This document shows positions 29,292 through 40,213 of a stretch of DNA of 64,000 nucleotides, piece by piece. How positions within the stretch are numbered: the first letter of the stretch is position 1; every line of letters starts with the position of its first letter. The position numbers and the translations under genes were made by a program. This DNA is from an uncultured virus (IMG/VR IMGVR_UViG_3300018494_004239) (Duplodnaviria > Heunggongvirae > Uroviricota > Caudoviricetes), in IMG/VR virus record IMGVR_UViG_3300018494_004239, one strand, 5' to 3'. A model generated the notes under the pieces. That model was not told the origin of the DNA. It worked only from the letters and a program-made list of their open reading frames with translations, and ran no database searches.

Positions 29292-31391
29292 ATGACTGAT
29301 ATTAAAAATATGATTTGGGACGAAACTCCCGTAGATGTAACTGCGGAGGCTAACTTTATTTGGTCTATCGCAAACAAATTAAGGGGTTCTTATATGCCCG
29401 ACAAGTATGGTGATGTAATCATCCCTATGGTTATCATTCGCCGTTTTGAATGCACTCTTGCTGATACAAAGCAAGCAGTAGTTAATAAATTTAAGGAAAA
29501 TCCACTGTATCCTTACAAGGCAATGTGCCGTATATCTGGATATCAGTTTTATAATACCAGTGAATTTGATTTGAAAGAACTTTGCAATGATGCTGACCAT
29601 ATCGCCTCCAACTTTAATGCATATATTGCTGGATTCTCCAATAATGTTCAGGACATCTTAAATGAGTTAGAAATGAAGAAACACATCGAAAAGATGGACA
29701 AGGACGGTTGTTTGTATTCTGTTGCAAAGGCATTCTCCGAACTTGACCTTAATCCTTCTACTTACGATAGCATTAAGATGGGTTATATCTTTGAAAATCT
29801 GATTGGTCGTTTTTATCAGAATGTTGATGCAGGTCAGTTCTACACTGGACGTGACATAGTAAAACTGTGTGTATCTCTCTTGATTGCAGAAGGTTGCGAT
29901 GATATCTTTGATGATAAGAAAATTTTGACCGTTTGTGACCAAGCATGTGGTACTGGCGGTATGTTGTCTACTGCTTATACATATTTGAAGCACTTCAATC
30001 CTACTGCCGATGTTCGTTTGTTTGGTCAGGAATTTATGGGTCCTTCTTATGCTGTTGGTCTTGCTGAAATGCTTATCAAAGGTCAGAATGCAGAGAACTT
30101 CCGTCATACAGATACTTTGAAGAATGATTGTTTCCCTGAAACCAAGATGAGATTCTTGTTGGAAAATCCTCCTTTTGGCACACCTTGGTCTGGAGAAAGT
30201 GCCAAGGCAGGTCAGGAAGATGCAGTTAAGACAGAACATGCAAAGGGTATGGTTGGTCGTTGGGGAGCAGGTCTTCCTGGTGGTGGCGACTCACAGTTGC
30301 TCTTTATGCAGTCGGCAGTTCATAAGATGGATGATAATGTTGGTCGTGCTGCTATTATTTCCAATGGTTCTCCATTGTTTACTGGTGGCACAGCATCTGG
30401 CGAATCTCAAATTCGTAGATGGTTGCTTGAAAACGATTTGATTGAAGCAATTATTCAGTTACCTACCGATTCCTTTTATAATACATGCATCGCAACTTAT
30501 ATTTGGTTACTTTCCAAGAACAAGAGACCTGAAAGGAAAGGCAAGATTCAGTTAATTGATGCATCTGCCATTTGCCATAAATTAAGAAAACCTCTGGGCA
30601 ATAAGAAAAACGAATTCTTGCCAGAGGATAGAGCAATGATTACAAAGTTGTATGCTGATTTTGTCAATACCGATGTCGTTAAGATTTACGACAATACAGA
30701 GTTTATTTATAAGGAATATGCAGTAATGCAACCGCTTCAGAGAAGTTATTCCATCACAGAAAAAAGTATTGCTAATATGCTTCAATCTGGTGCATTGAAT
30801 GGTCTTTACGATGAAGCAAAGGTTGCTGAATTAGAAAACAAGGGTGTTTCTATTAGTGGCAAGGAACAAACAAAGTTGGATGGTTTTAGAAAGAACAAAC
30901 CACTCTATGATGCCGTTCTCGAAGCATTAAATAATGCCATTAGTACAATTAAACACCTTTCTGTAAATGATTTCATGCCTGTTTTGAATGATATTCTTGC
31001 TGATACTGGCATTGATGCTAAACTTATTGCAAAGATTGCCGATGGCTTATCTGTGATGGATAAAGAAGCCGAAATTCAGAGAGAACCCAAGGGCAAAAAC
31101 AAGGGAGAAATTATTTATGATAAGACAACAAAAGATACAGAAATCGTTAAGTGGGATGAAGATATTGAAAATTATATGGCAAGAGAAGTTCTTCCTCATG
31201 TTCCTGATGCGAAGTGGTTCTGGGAAGAAGATATGACCAAGAAGAATCCTGTGATTCGTGTTGGTGCAGAAATCCCATTCACCAAATATTTCTATCAGTA
31301 TAAGCAACCCACTGCAAGTGAAGAACTTGAGGCAAGGTTTGCAACATTGGAGAATTCCGTATCAGAGAGAATCAAGAAGTTATTTGCTTAA
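29292..31391 (+). CDS. hsdM: Type I restriction-modification methyltransferase subunit
   Basis: 'FIWSIANKLRG', 'AGQFYT', DQACGTGGML, NPPFG, 'SNGSPLF','ESQIRRWL'. Confidence 0.9.
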   Translation: MTDIKNMIWDETPVDVTAEANFIWSIANKLRGSYMPDKYGDVIIPMVIIRRFECTLADTKQAVVNKFKENPLYPYKAMCRISGYQFYNTSEFDLKELCNDADHIASNFNAYIAGFSNNVQDILNELEMKKHIEKMDKDGCLYSVAKAFSELDLNPSTYDSIKMGYIFENLIGRFYQNVDAGQFYTGRDIVKLCVSLLIAEGCDDIFDDKKILTVCDQACGTGGMLSTAYTYLKHFNPTADVRLFGQEFMGPSYAVGLAEMLIKGQNAENFRHTDTLKNDCFPETKMRFLLENPPFGTPWSGESAKAGQEDAVKTEHAKGMVGRWGAGLPGGGDSQLLFMQSAVHKMDDNVGRAAIISNGSPLFTGGTASGESQIRRWLLENDLIEAIIQLPTDSFYNTCIATYIWLLSKNKRPERKGKIQLIDASAICHKLRKPLGNKKNEFLPEDRAMITKLYADFVNTDVVKIYDNTEFIYKEYAVMQPLQRSYSITEKSIANMLQSGALNGLYDEAKVAELENKGVSISGKEQTKLDGFRKNKPLYDAVLEALNNAISTIKHLSVNDFMPVLNDILADTGIDAKLIAKIADGLSVMDKEAEIQREPKGKNKGEIIYDKTTKDTEIVKWDEDIENYMAREVLPHVPDAKWFWEEDMTKKNPVIRVGAEIPFTKYFYQYKQPTASEELEARFATLENSVSERIKKLFA

Positions 31392-31403
31392 TAGGAGGGT
31401 TTT

Positions 31404-31615
31404 ATGGATAAATATTTCAAACAAAAACTCGACCAAATAATTGGGATTAGTGATGAGAAAACAATAACCATTCAAATAGATAAGTACCCACGATATTTGT
31501 ACAAATATAGAGACTGCAATAGTGTTTACAACTTCGATATGATAGAGTCTCAATATTTATGGGCAGATATTCCACAACGTTTTTATGACCCCGCCGATTC
31601 TTTGGTGCATTTGAA
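31404..31615 (+). pseudogene. Truncated gene (DUF2971-like N-terminus)
   Basis: 'PRYLYKYR...LWA..P..FYDPADS' then runs into antisense serpin sequence. Confidence 0.55.
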
Positions 31616-32611
31616 ATTGTCTTTGTGTGTAAGACCTTTGCTGAATTTCGAAGTCCATTGTGCTTTTAAATACAGAGCATTTATCAAAACTGTGTTTTTA
31701 TTGGCAACGGAATCATCAACCATATTCTTAATCATTCCATTTGTTTCTTTTTCAATCCAAGTATTGATTTCGTTCTTTAATTTATTTCCGTTTACATTGA
31801 ATACTTCTGCACCGCATGCTTTGTTTATAGCATTTATAAAGGTTGTTTTGATTTTACCACCCTTATTTGCATTGTGCCATACGGAGTTTGCAATATTGAG
31901 AGTTGTTTTGTCCGAACCACCAATAATACCAGGTGATGCGATAATACCATCTTCCTGCGGAGGAGTTTCTGTAATGAGATTATCGAGTGGTTTCGTCATT
32001 TCGAGGTAAGATTTTGCCCAATCTTCACACTCTTTAATAGATTTGAAACCCAAAACCTGTAAAAGTTCTTTTTGAGTTTCTCCATTAGAACCAATTGCTG
32101 CCATAGTAAGCATATATTTTAGAGAAAGAGGAGAAGCAAACATATTTTCTTTGACACCGTATTTTTGTTCCAAATAACTAATCATCTTACTATCGAATAC
32201 TTGAAGACCAACATTAGATTGCTTCACTTCAACTTCATCCTTTACTACAACACGGTCAGAACTGGAAGTCGTATTTTCTTTTTCTGTTTCTGTTTTGTTG
32301 TTATTTACTTTTTCTTGTTCTTTTTCTGTAGTGTTTTCTGTTTCCTTATTTGTATCTTGACTTGGTTTGGTCTCTTGTTCTGTGGTTGATTCTGTTGGTG
32401 TTGTGGCATCTTCTTCTGTTGTGGTATCAGATGGTTCTGTAACAGTTGTGTCTGTTTGTGTGTCATCTGGTGTCGTGTCAGAAGGTTCTGTAGATGTCTC
32501 TGTGTTTGTTGTTTCTTCGTTTGGTTTTGTGTCGTTTTTACTTGTTGCACAACCAGTAACGGAGAAAACTAAAATAATTGCTAAAAGCAATGACAAAAGT
32601 CTTTTAGTCAT
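31583..32611 (-). pseudogene. Secreted/lipoprotein serpin, 3'-truncated
   Basis: Signal with VTGC; 'NMFASPLSL', 'GETQKELLQVLG', 'INTWIEKETNGMI', 'VLINALYLKAQW'; no reactive-centre loop. Confidence 0.8.
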
Positions 32612-33062
32612 AAAAAAGACCCCCTTCTTTAATTGATGAAAAAATTGTAAATCATTTTTTCGCTAATATCAAAAAATATTTCAACATTTTTCCACCCACC
32701 CAACCACCACTCATAACCCACTCAAAAAAATAAACATTATCATTTCACAACCCTCTCGAAAGGTTTAACCCATTCAAAAAACATTCCCAGCCTTCCTCAC
32801 TTTTAATCTTCCGAAAAATAACACCCAAAGGCACTATTCGCCTTTGGGTTTCTTTTTGTCCATCCTCCTTTCCTTCCATCACGACCCCTTAAAAAAAGCA
32901 AACATGCCTCCTAAACCAGTCCTCCCTCCCAAACTATTCCTGTTTACGATTCCAACAACCATCTAATATACAATAATCCCTATGCCAATTGACAAATCTA
33001 CCAAAATATACTATAATATTTCTATGTAACAACCACAAAAATAAAGGCAGGCGAAACATTCC

Positions 33063-34649
33063 ATGATAAATCTCTTTATATACCAAAACACACCAAAGAT
33101 TAACTTCGATAACTATACCGAAGAACAATACTATAACGATATTACCACTTACGGTATCAAAGAAGTATGGTATGCTATTATAAAAGAGAATATCAACAAG
33201 AAACCCGATAATACATCTATTATTCATATAGATAACTTCGGAATGCTTTATGAGTTAGGACTTGCCTTTGTTAATAAAAAGAGTAAGCAGGAAGCAGGCA
33301 TCTACTATACTCCTTCCGATGTAGCAAATGTTATGGCAGATTTCTTTAATGAGTTAAAAGGTGAGAATATTGGCGATGTTGCCTGCGGTACTGGCAACCT
33401 TATTATTTCCGTATTAAGCAGAATAGATAATGCAAGAGATATTTTATTGAACGGTAATGTTTATTTGTATGACAATGATGAACTTGCACTTCTTATTTGC
33501 CGTCACAAAATCGCCATTTTATTTGGTCGAGAAGTCTTTGATAATATAAAGTGTTATTGTGGAAATTTCTTGGATGACAAAACTGCATTGCCTTCTAATT
33601 GCAAGGTAATTTCTAATCCACCTTATTATAAGATTGATGTGAACAATTGTGATTTCACCTTAACGGATATTGCAAAGCAATGTAGGGAGTTATACGGTGC
33701 TTTTATGGAGAAGATTATTCGCTATTCAAAAGCATCCGTGCTTATTACACCTTATAGTTTTCTATCTGGTAATAAGTTCTCTAAAATGAGGTATTTCCTT
33801 AACGACTATTCTGGTTATTTCTTCTCTTTTGATAATGTCCCTGGTAATATCTTTTGCGGTAATAAAATAGGTACTTTATCGTCCAGTAATAGAAACTCTG
33901 TAAGAACTACTATTACAGTTGTTAATAATGAGGGTGATAAGGGTTTCCGTACTTCTCAACTTATTCGGTTTCATAACAGTGAAAGAGAAGGTTTGCTTAA
34001 TAGGGACTTCTTATATGGTTTATTATCGGATAAGAAACAGATTATTGATGGTAGTAATCCTATCTATTGTAAGCATATAAAGGATTTGGAATGTTTGTAT
34101 GATTTATGGGTTAGTAAGTCTAATTCTACTCTTGCAGAGTGTACTGTGAAAAAGTCTTCTTTTACAGGGCAAGATGGGGAGGGGTGGGTGGTGTATATGC
34201 CACACGCCTGCAGGTACTTTACCTGCGGAGTTACTTATCCTATGAAACGAGCAATGCGAGATACTATATATGCCAAAGACGAAAAGTCTTTCTACTATAT
34301 CTATACAATGCTTAATTCCAGTTTCGCTTATTGGTACTGGAGAATGTTCGATGGCGGTATCAATTTCTCGTCTTCTCTTGCTCTTAAAATGCCATCTTTT
34401 ATAGATGTTATTTCTGACGAACAGTATCAGAAAATGAAAGAATTGGTTGATGAGATAATTGCAGATGAAACAAAATATATCGTTAAAAAGATGAATGCTG
34501 GGGAATATCAGGAAAATGTAAAGTTTCCTATTGAGTATCGAAGAAAATTCGATGAACTTATTTTGGAGATTTTAGGTTTGGAGATTGATTTACATATACT
34601 CGATGTGCCTTATAGTAAAACTATACTGGGAGTGTCAGGTGTTGAATAG
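33063..34649 (+). CDS. N6-adenine DNA methyltransferase (orphan)
   Basis: 'GIYYTP', DVACGTGNL, ISNPPY. Confidence 0.85.
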   Translation: MINLFIYQNTPKINFDNYTEEQYYNDITTYGIKEVWYAIIKENINKKPDNTSIIHIDNFGMLYELGLAFVNKKSKQEAGIYYTPSDVANVMADFFNELKGENIGDVACGTGNLIISVLSRIDNARDILLNGNVYLYDNDELALLICRHKIAILFGREVFDNIKCYCGNFLDDKTALPSNCKVISNPPYYKIDVNNCDFTLTDIAKQCRELYGAFMEKIIRYSKASVLITPYSFLSGNKFSKMRYFLNDYSGYFFSFDNVPGNIFCGNKIGTLSSSNRNSVRTTITVVNNEGDKGFRTSQLIRFHNSEREGLLNRDFLYGLLSDKKQIIDGSNPIYCKHIKDLECLYDLWVSKSNSTLAECTVKKSSFTGQDGEGWVVYMPHACRYFTCGVTYPMKRAMRDTIYAKDEKSFYYIYTMLNSSFAYWYWRMFDGGINFSSSLALKMPSFIDVISDEQYQKMKELVDEIIADETKYIVKKMNAGEYQENVKFPIEYRRKFDELILEILGLEIDLHILDVPYSKTILGVSGVE

Positions 34650-34761
34650 AAAGTTAATGGAGATATAAAAGAATTGCCCGAACAGAATGTTCGGGCAATT
34701 TGTGATTCTTGAACAATGTTGAAATGGGTTATGGGGAGGGGTGGAGGGCTGATTGTAAAAA

Positions 34762-36177
34762 TTATTGTGGGTTTTTTATAAATTCAATTCTTGGTGCACT
34801 ATTAGAGGTTATTTTCTCAACTTCTATGTCGTCGCCGTAAACAGTGATTTTTGAAGCACCGACATTCATAAACCAATCTGCATGAGAAACGAGATTGGTG
34901 CCTTTGCTAATTGTTATTGTTCCTTCAAGGTTTGAACAACCAACAAAAACTCCGTTTGCATCTTTAACAGATGATGGTATTACAAAATTTTCAAACCTCT
35001 TAACAGAAGAACATCCTTGGAATAAATAGTCAATAATTCTTGCACTTTGGGGGAGTTTAAAGTTATCTATGTTTGTTATGTTTTTACATTCTTTGAACAT
35101 TCCATACACATCAAAAACATTGTCTGGTATAATCAAATTATCAATGTTTGTTAAATTTGCACAACCTGCATAACAACCTCTCATTGATGATATTGGGACT
35201 TCATTAATGGATTCGATAACTGGTGAGTATGATGTTTTGTTTTTATCTATAGTTGTTACATACCATCTTGCCCACTTATAATAATAGTAATAATCTCCAT
35301 AGATATATACATCGCCTTCTTTAGGTGTATCTGGAAATACATAGACTCGTCTATCTACATCAGGAAAATTGTAACTATGGCCACAACTTAAAGCACTTAT
35401 GTATTTCCCATCCGCAAAGGTCCACTGACATGTCGGGCATATAACACATTCTTTAAGATAGATTGCATCATTTGGAACATTTTTGACTGGATTTAAGTCT
35501 GGGTCATTAGAACCATAATCAAGTTTTCCGTCATTTGCTCCATTTGTTAAATTTATCCAAATGGTAGCATTTTCTCCGTTATCTACAAGTGGTCTCCCCT
35601 TTGCATCAACACCAGAAGTTATCATTTTATTTTTGTCTGCGATAGAAGAGTTTGGTGATGCATAAATAACTACACCACAATCTGGACTATACCAATAATG
35701 CATATCTGATTGTTTTGGTTCAAAGGTTGAAGAAGATGTTTTTGTATAACTCTCAATAATTTTCTTTAGTGTATAAGCATTTGCGGGATATTTTGTGTCT
35801 CTATAAAGTTGAGGAATATTGTTGTTGATAGTTCCGTTATATGCTATTTCTGTTGTTTCTATACCATTTCTTGTTGTTATGCCAGTAACACTATAGACTC
35901 TGTTTTGTGTGGCATCCATATTATCTGGTTTGCCATCATTATTTGTATCTATTAATACACCAGATGCAATGTCCTGACAGTAGAGTTCGTACTCACTTGC
36001 AAACCTTTCAATAGCATTTGTATATTCATTGGTGTTAGTTTTGTCAGCAGATACATTCGCTCTATCGATAAGTCCAGCAACTGATGGGATTGCGATAGCG
36101 GCGAGGACTGCAAGGATACCTATAACTACAAGAAGTTCGATTAGTGTAAAACCTGCTTTTGATTTTAGTAGTTTCAT
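34762..36177 (-). CDS. Type IV pilin-like protein (copy 5) with BspA-like LRR C-terminus
   Basis: Prepilin signal KAG|FTLIEL; repeats 'F.GC.NL..I..F.IP.SV'. Confidence 0.88.
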   Translation of the reverse strand: MKLLKSKAGFTLIELLVVIGILAVLAAIAIPSVAGLIDRANVSADKTNTNEYTNAIERFASEYELYCQDIASGVLIDTNNDGKPDNMDATQNRVYSVTGITTRNGIETTEIAYNGTINNNIPQLYRDTKYPANAYTLKKIIESYTKTSSSTFEPKQSDMHYWYSPDCGVVIYASPNSSIADKNKMITSGVDAKGRPLVDNGENATIWINLTNGANDGKLDYGSNDPDLNPVKNVPNDAIYLKECVICPTCQWTFADGKYISALSCGHSYNFPDVDRRVYVFPDTPKEGDVYIYGDYYYYYKWARWYVTTIDKNKTSYSPVIESINEVPISSMRGCYAGCANLTNIDNLIIPDNVFDVYGMFKECKNITNIDNFKLPQSARIIDYLFQGCSSVKRFENFVIPSSVKDANGVFVGCSNLEGTITISKGTNLVSHADWFMNVGASKITVYGDDIEVEKITSNSAPRIEFIKNPQ

Positions 36178-36303
36178 AAGTAATCATCCTTTCATTCATA
36201 TTGAATATATTATGGATAGCATTCGTTTTATTGTCAATAAAATTAAAATTTGTTTTTGTAAAAAAGGCTTGACAATAGTGATAATGTGTGATATAGTAAC
36301 GAT

Positions 36304-36425
36304 ACAAAAATTGTGCTTTGGAAATCTACTATTAAACAGAGGTTGGATTCGAACCAAAATACAATTGTGGGTGTGAGTAGGAACACACCTATACAGAAAG
36401 ACGGCATCGTTTGATGCCGTCTTTT
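36304..36425 (+). ncRNA. Candidate ~120-nt small RNA
   Basis: Promoter TTGACA(36269)-17-TATAGT; two stems and a terminator; no ORF after the promoter. Confidence 0.55.
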
Positions 36426-37049
36426 TTAATATGATATATATAGTTTTGGGTCTTCTTCTGAATAATAACTCATAAGGTCAAGAGTTTTGTCTTTTTCTTC
36501 CAAAACAGCGATTTGATTTGATGAAAGAAAAGTATATGAGTAATTATTTGTATCGAATTGTCGCTCTTTTTTGAAACTGCTTTCTAAATAATTAATTGTA
36601 TTTTTGCCTACACGACGAGATGCAATTTCTTTTTCTGAAAACACAAAAAATTCTCTAACAGACTGTTCATAAAAATTACAAATTGCGTTAATTGGGACTT
36701 TGATTGTTTTGTCGTTATCGGAGAAAATAGCATAATCATCTTCTTCTCCGTGAAATTTCAACTGACCGTGACAATCAAAATACTTTCTTATTGCCTTGTA
36801 ATTATACTTTGTAACTATGACATTTATCGGTACACCAAATGTTTTGGTTACATCTCTGGGATGCGATTGAATACCGAGGTCACTGTAGTTTGCAACAAGA
36901 GTATATCCTTCTTTCTTAAGAAACTCTTCTCTATATGTTTGGTTTGGGTCAATATCTGGGAAATCTGCTATTCTGTAAGAGATTTTCTTTTTTGAGTGAC
37001 TGATAAAATCACTTCCCTTCGCTTTTTCGTTATCTCTATTATACCACAT
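36426..37049 (-). CDS. Hypothetical protein, 'PDIDPN' paralog family (start uncertain)
   Basis: 'FPDIDPNQTY..EG','FGVPINV','FKKER.F' shared with 2217..2813. Confidence 0.7.
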   Translation of the reverse strand: MWYNRDNEKAKGSDFISHSKKKISYRIADFPDIDPNQTYREEFLKKEGYTLVANYSDLGIQSHPRDVTKTFGVPINVIVTKYNYKAIRKYFDCHGQLKFHGEEDDYAIFSDNDKTIKVPINAICNFYEQSVREFFVFSEKEIASRRVGKNTINYLESSFKKERQFDTNNYSYTFLSSNQIAVLEEKDKTLDLMSYYSEEDPKLYISY

Positions 37050-37165
37050 ATCAAGTTCTATGTCAACGGTAAAATATTATGTTATAAGAATGTGTTTTGT
37101 GTTGACATTGATGTGGTTTTGTGGTATAATATATTTAAGAAAAACGAGAGAAAGAGGATACTAAA

Positions 37166-37573
37166 ATGGGAAAGAAATTCACACGAAAAGGCATTAAATA
37201 CGAACTCGATAATAATGAAATCACTGTTGTCGGTTTGAAAAAGAAAGACATCATTGACCTTATTATCCCTGATGTTGTTGATGGTTTCCCTGTTAAATGG
37301 ATTTACGAACATGCTTTTATGCACGAGTGGTTTGAAACCGTAAGTTTACCAGAGGGCATTACTAAAATTCCCAATGCAACTTTCTATGGTTGTCCCGCTT
37401 TGCGAGAAATTGAATTTCGTGGTGTTGTCGATACTGTTGAAATTGCACAGTGCGGAATTGGTTATTGTAATAATCTTGTCGCTATCAAAAGCAAAAGACC
37501 TATTAAAAAAGTTTGGGGAGATATATCTATTCAACATTGTGATAATCTCAAACATATAGATAATCTTGTTTGA
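37166..37573 (+). CDS. Short BspA-type leucine-rich-repeat protein
   Basis: 'LIIPDVVDGFPV.WI..AF','LPEGITKIP..TFYGC..L'. Confidence 0.7.
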   Translation: MGKKFTRKGIKYELDNNEITVVGLKKKDIIDLIIPDVVDGFPVKWIYEHAFMHEWFETVSLPEGITKIPNATFYGCPALREIEFRGVVDTVEIAQCGIGYCNNLVAIKSKRPIKKVWGDISIQHCDNLKHIDNLV

Positions 37574-37747
37574 TAGGTAAGAGAGGAAAATTCGTTTCTA
37601 AATACGACTAATAGTTAACCTACGATTTTGTTATTTTGCGAAAATGTAGGTTAACTTTTTCTTTTTTAAAGGGGGTTCTTCTATTGAAAAATTATAAAAA
37701 ATGTGATAATATAATAGTGCAAAATATAACAACAAGGGGGCAACTAA

Positions 37748-38683
37748 ATGAAGTTTAGAAGCGGTTTTGTTACGAATAGTTCCAGTTCGAGTTTTCTCGT
37801 ATTTAATGTTAAAAATCCAGAACTGTACAATTTTCTAATATCGTTGGGAGTGAAAATTGAAAATTCTGACGATGGAGAATTTAACGATGGTATGGAAATT
37901 GTTTTACCAACAGGAGAAAAGATGAATTTGTATGATGACGACATTGCTGATTGGATTGCAACACCAGACGAGGCATCATCTATTTCCAGTTGGATTGTGG
38001 AAACTATTCTGTGTGAAGTTGAATCTGTATATCCTGCAAAAGAACTTGATGAATACTCTGATTTCGTAATTGCATTTTTGAAGTTACTTGTTGAGAAAGG
38101 CGTTATTAAGTTCGATATGGACGATGTTGAACATTGGGATAGAGAAACATTAGAAAATGAATTGTCTTGTTTTGATGAAATGGATGCATCCATTGAAGAT
38201 GCTAATATCGAACTCAATACTGGTTTCGAGGGCGAAGTTATTCATCTTCAAGATGTAACTGCCAAGAATGGTTATATGTTGTCGATTTCGATGGACGAAT
38301 ACGATACTGATGAAGATGTCGAAGAAGCAAATGGTCTTAAAGTTCTTATTGTTGGAGAAAAAGATGATTTCGATGATTATGATGAACTTGTTCGTCTAAT
38401 TGAAGAAAAAGGTGCTGTACTTCAAGGCGAAATTGAGGACGATACAGATTATGTAATTTGTAACGATATTTCTATGGATGATGGACAACTAAAACGAGCA
38501 CGAAACATTTGTATTCCTATTATTTCGGAGAATGGTTTTATATATCGTTTTGGCGATAGAAATCCTTCAGAAGAAAATGATGATATTTACGGCGAATTAT
38601 TTGAGTGCACATATGACGGAGATTTTTATAGTATGTTTTATGAGTATGGCATCGGCAAAGTGGTTCGCACAAAGTTAAGATAA
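37748..38683 (+). CDS. GFVTNSSSSSF-motif protein, acidic, with BRCT-like domain
   Basis: MKFRSGFVTNSSSSSF; 'LIEEKGA....TDYVICND...LKRA...IPIISE'. Confidence 0.75.
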   Translation: MKFRSGFVTNSSSSSFLVFNVKNPELYNFLISLGVKIENSDDGEFNDGMEIVLPTGEKMNLYDDDIADWIATPDEASSISSWIVETILCEVESVYPAKELDEYSDFVIAFLKLLVEKGVIKFDMDDVEHWDRETLENELSCFDEMDASIEDANIELNTGFEGEVIHLQDVTAKNGYMLSISMDEYDTDEDVEEANGLKVLIVGEKDDFDDYDELVRLIEEKGAVLQGEIEDDTDYVICNDISMDDGQLKRARNICIPIISENGFIYRFGDRNPSEENDDIYGELFECTYDGDFYSMFYEYGIGKVVRTKLR

Positions 38684-38790
38684 TGTAGAACAACCCGCAT
38701 TTTGCGGGTTGTTTTTTGTATAAATAGGGTTGACACGCATGGTGTTTTGTGATATAATAATAAAAAAATACGGATAACGGAGTGATGCGA

Positions 38791-39495
38791 ATGAGTAGAA
38801 AATTTACATTGCATAAAAGATATTATGGAGAGGATTATGACCTCTATAAAAAGAAAACTATTACCATTAAAGAAGGTTTGACTGTTTTAGTTGGTTGCAA
38901 CGGAATCGGCAAAACAACTCTTCTTCGACAGATTAAAGACCAGTGTAAAAAGGAAGACATTCCCGTTCTTTCTTTTGATAATCTCAAAGAGGGTGGTGGA
39001 CATGCGGTGTCCTCTGCTGGATTTTATGGAGATTTTGGTTTTATGGCAACTGCTATGGCATCTTCTGAAGGCGAAAACATCGTTATGAACATTGGAAAAC
39101 TTGCCTCTAATCTTCGTGGATTTATCAAGAATGGCGAAGTAAAAGGCAATAGTGATGCCCTTGCAAGAGCATTCGCAAAAGCAATGTGGGGCGAAGGCGA
39201 AGAAGATGAAAAAGAAGTACCAAATGAAAGATGGTTGCTTCTTGACGCCGTTGATAGCGGTTTGAGTGTCGATAACATCGTTGACATCAAAGAATATCTG
39301 TTTAAGACTATCTTCGCTGATAAGGGCGACACAAAGGTTTACATTGTTGTATCTGCTAACGAATACGAAATGGCTCGTGGAGAAAACTGTTTCGATGTTT
39401 ATAATGGCAAATATGTGAAATTTAAGGATTACGAAGAATATCGTGATTTTGTCATTGAAAGCAGAAAAATTAAAGACCAACGTTACCCAGAATAA
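38791..39495 (+). CDS. ABC/AAA-type ATPase
   Basis: GCNGIGKTT, SEGE, LLLDAVDSGLS. Confidence 0.8.
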   Translation: MSRKFTLHKRYYGEDYDLYKKKTITIKEGLTVLVGCNGIGKTTLLRQIKDQCKKEDIPVLSFDNLKEGGGHAVSSAGFYGDFGFMATAMASSEGENIVMNIGKLASNLRGFIKNGEVKGNSDALARAFAKAMWGEGEEDEKEVPNERWLLLDAVDSGLSVDNIVDIKEYLFKTIFADKGDTKVYIVVSANEYEMARGENCFDVYNGKYVKFKDYEEYRDFVIESRKIKDQRYPE

Positions 39496-39598
39496 TATTA
39501 AGAAAATCGGCATTCAAAATGCCGATTTTTTGTATTTTGGTTGACATTAGACTTGTTTTGTGATATAATAATTGTATAAAGAAAAAAGGAGAATGATT

Positions 39599-40207
39599 AT
39601 GTCTTACAGATATAGATTTGCTTATGCTGATAAAGAAAAAGTCGATAAGATGAAAGGTATGTCTTACGATGAACTCTTGAATTATATTAAGGAAACCAAC
39701 CCAAGTATCTATGATGAAGAAGAACAGTATTTTGATTGCTGGGCATTATTTGGACAGAAAGAGTTTTTTGATTTTGGCGGTTGCTCTTTTTATGACGAAA
39801 TTGAAAAAACATCTGTTGTTTTGTTTGAAAAAGAAGATACCGAAGAAGCATTCAAAGAGTGTCATTTCCGTCTTTGTGATAGAACGACTTTCCTCGCTGC
39901 AATTGATGGCATGAGAAAACTTATTTACGATTATATGATTGAAATGAGAAATGATGAAAATCGTGCAAAACTTCATTTTGATGAAAAAATTCGTGAATGG
40001 GGAATGTTTAGCGATTACATCGACTGTTCTTCTATGTCGGAAGAAAGGCGAAATAAACTCAATGAAATGCAACTTCCTTACAGTTTGAACCTCGGAACCG
40101 ATGAAATCGTAAGTTCTTGGAGATATGAATATGCGGTTTTTGAACTGGTTCGCTTTTATAAGTCTTTTGACTGGGATAAGCATTATTTAATTTTCTATGG
40201 ATGGTGA
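39599..40207 (+). CDS. Hypothetical protein
   Basis: Own consensus promoter and RBS; ~200-aa ORF. Confidence 0.75.
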   Translation: MSYRYRFAYADKEKVDKMKGMSYDELLNYIKETNPSIYDEEEQYFDCWALFGQKEFFDFGGCSFYDEIEKTSVVLFEKEDTEEAFKECHFRLCDRTTFLAAIDGMRKLIYDYMIEMRNDENRAKLHFDEKIREWGMFSDYIDCSSMSEERRNKLNEMQLPYSLNLGTDEIVSSWRYEYAVFELVRFYKSFDWDKHYLIFYGW

Positions 40208-40213
40208 TATGTT

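Noticed and set aside
36335..36400. tRNA (contains GGATTCGAACC)
   Set aside because: No cloverleaf or acceptor stem can be built on either strand
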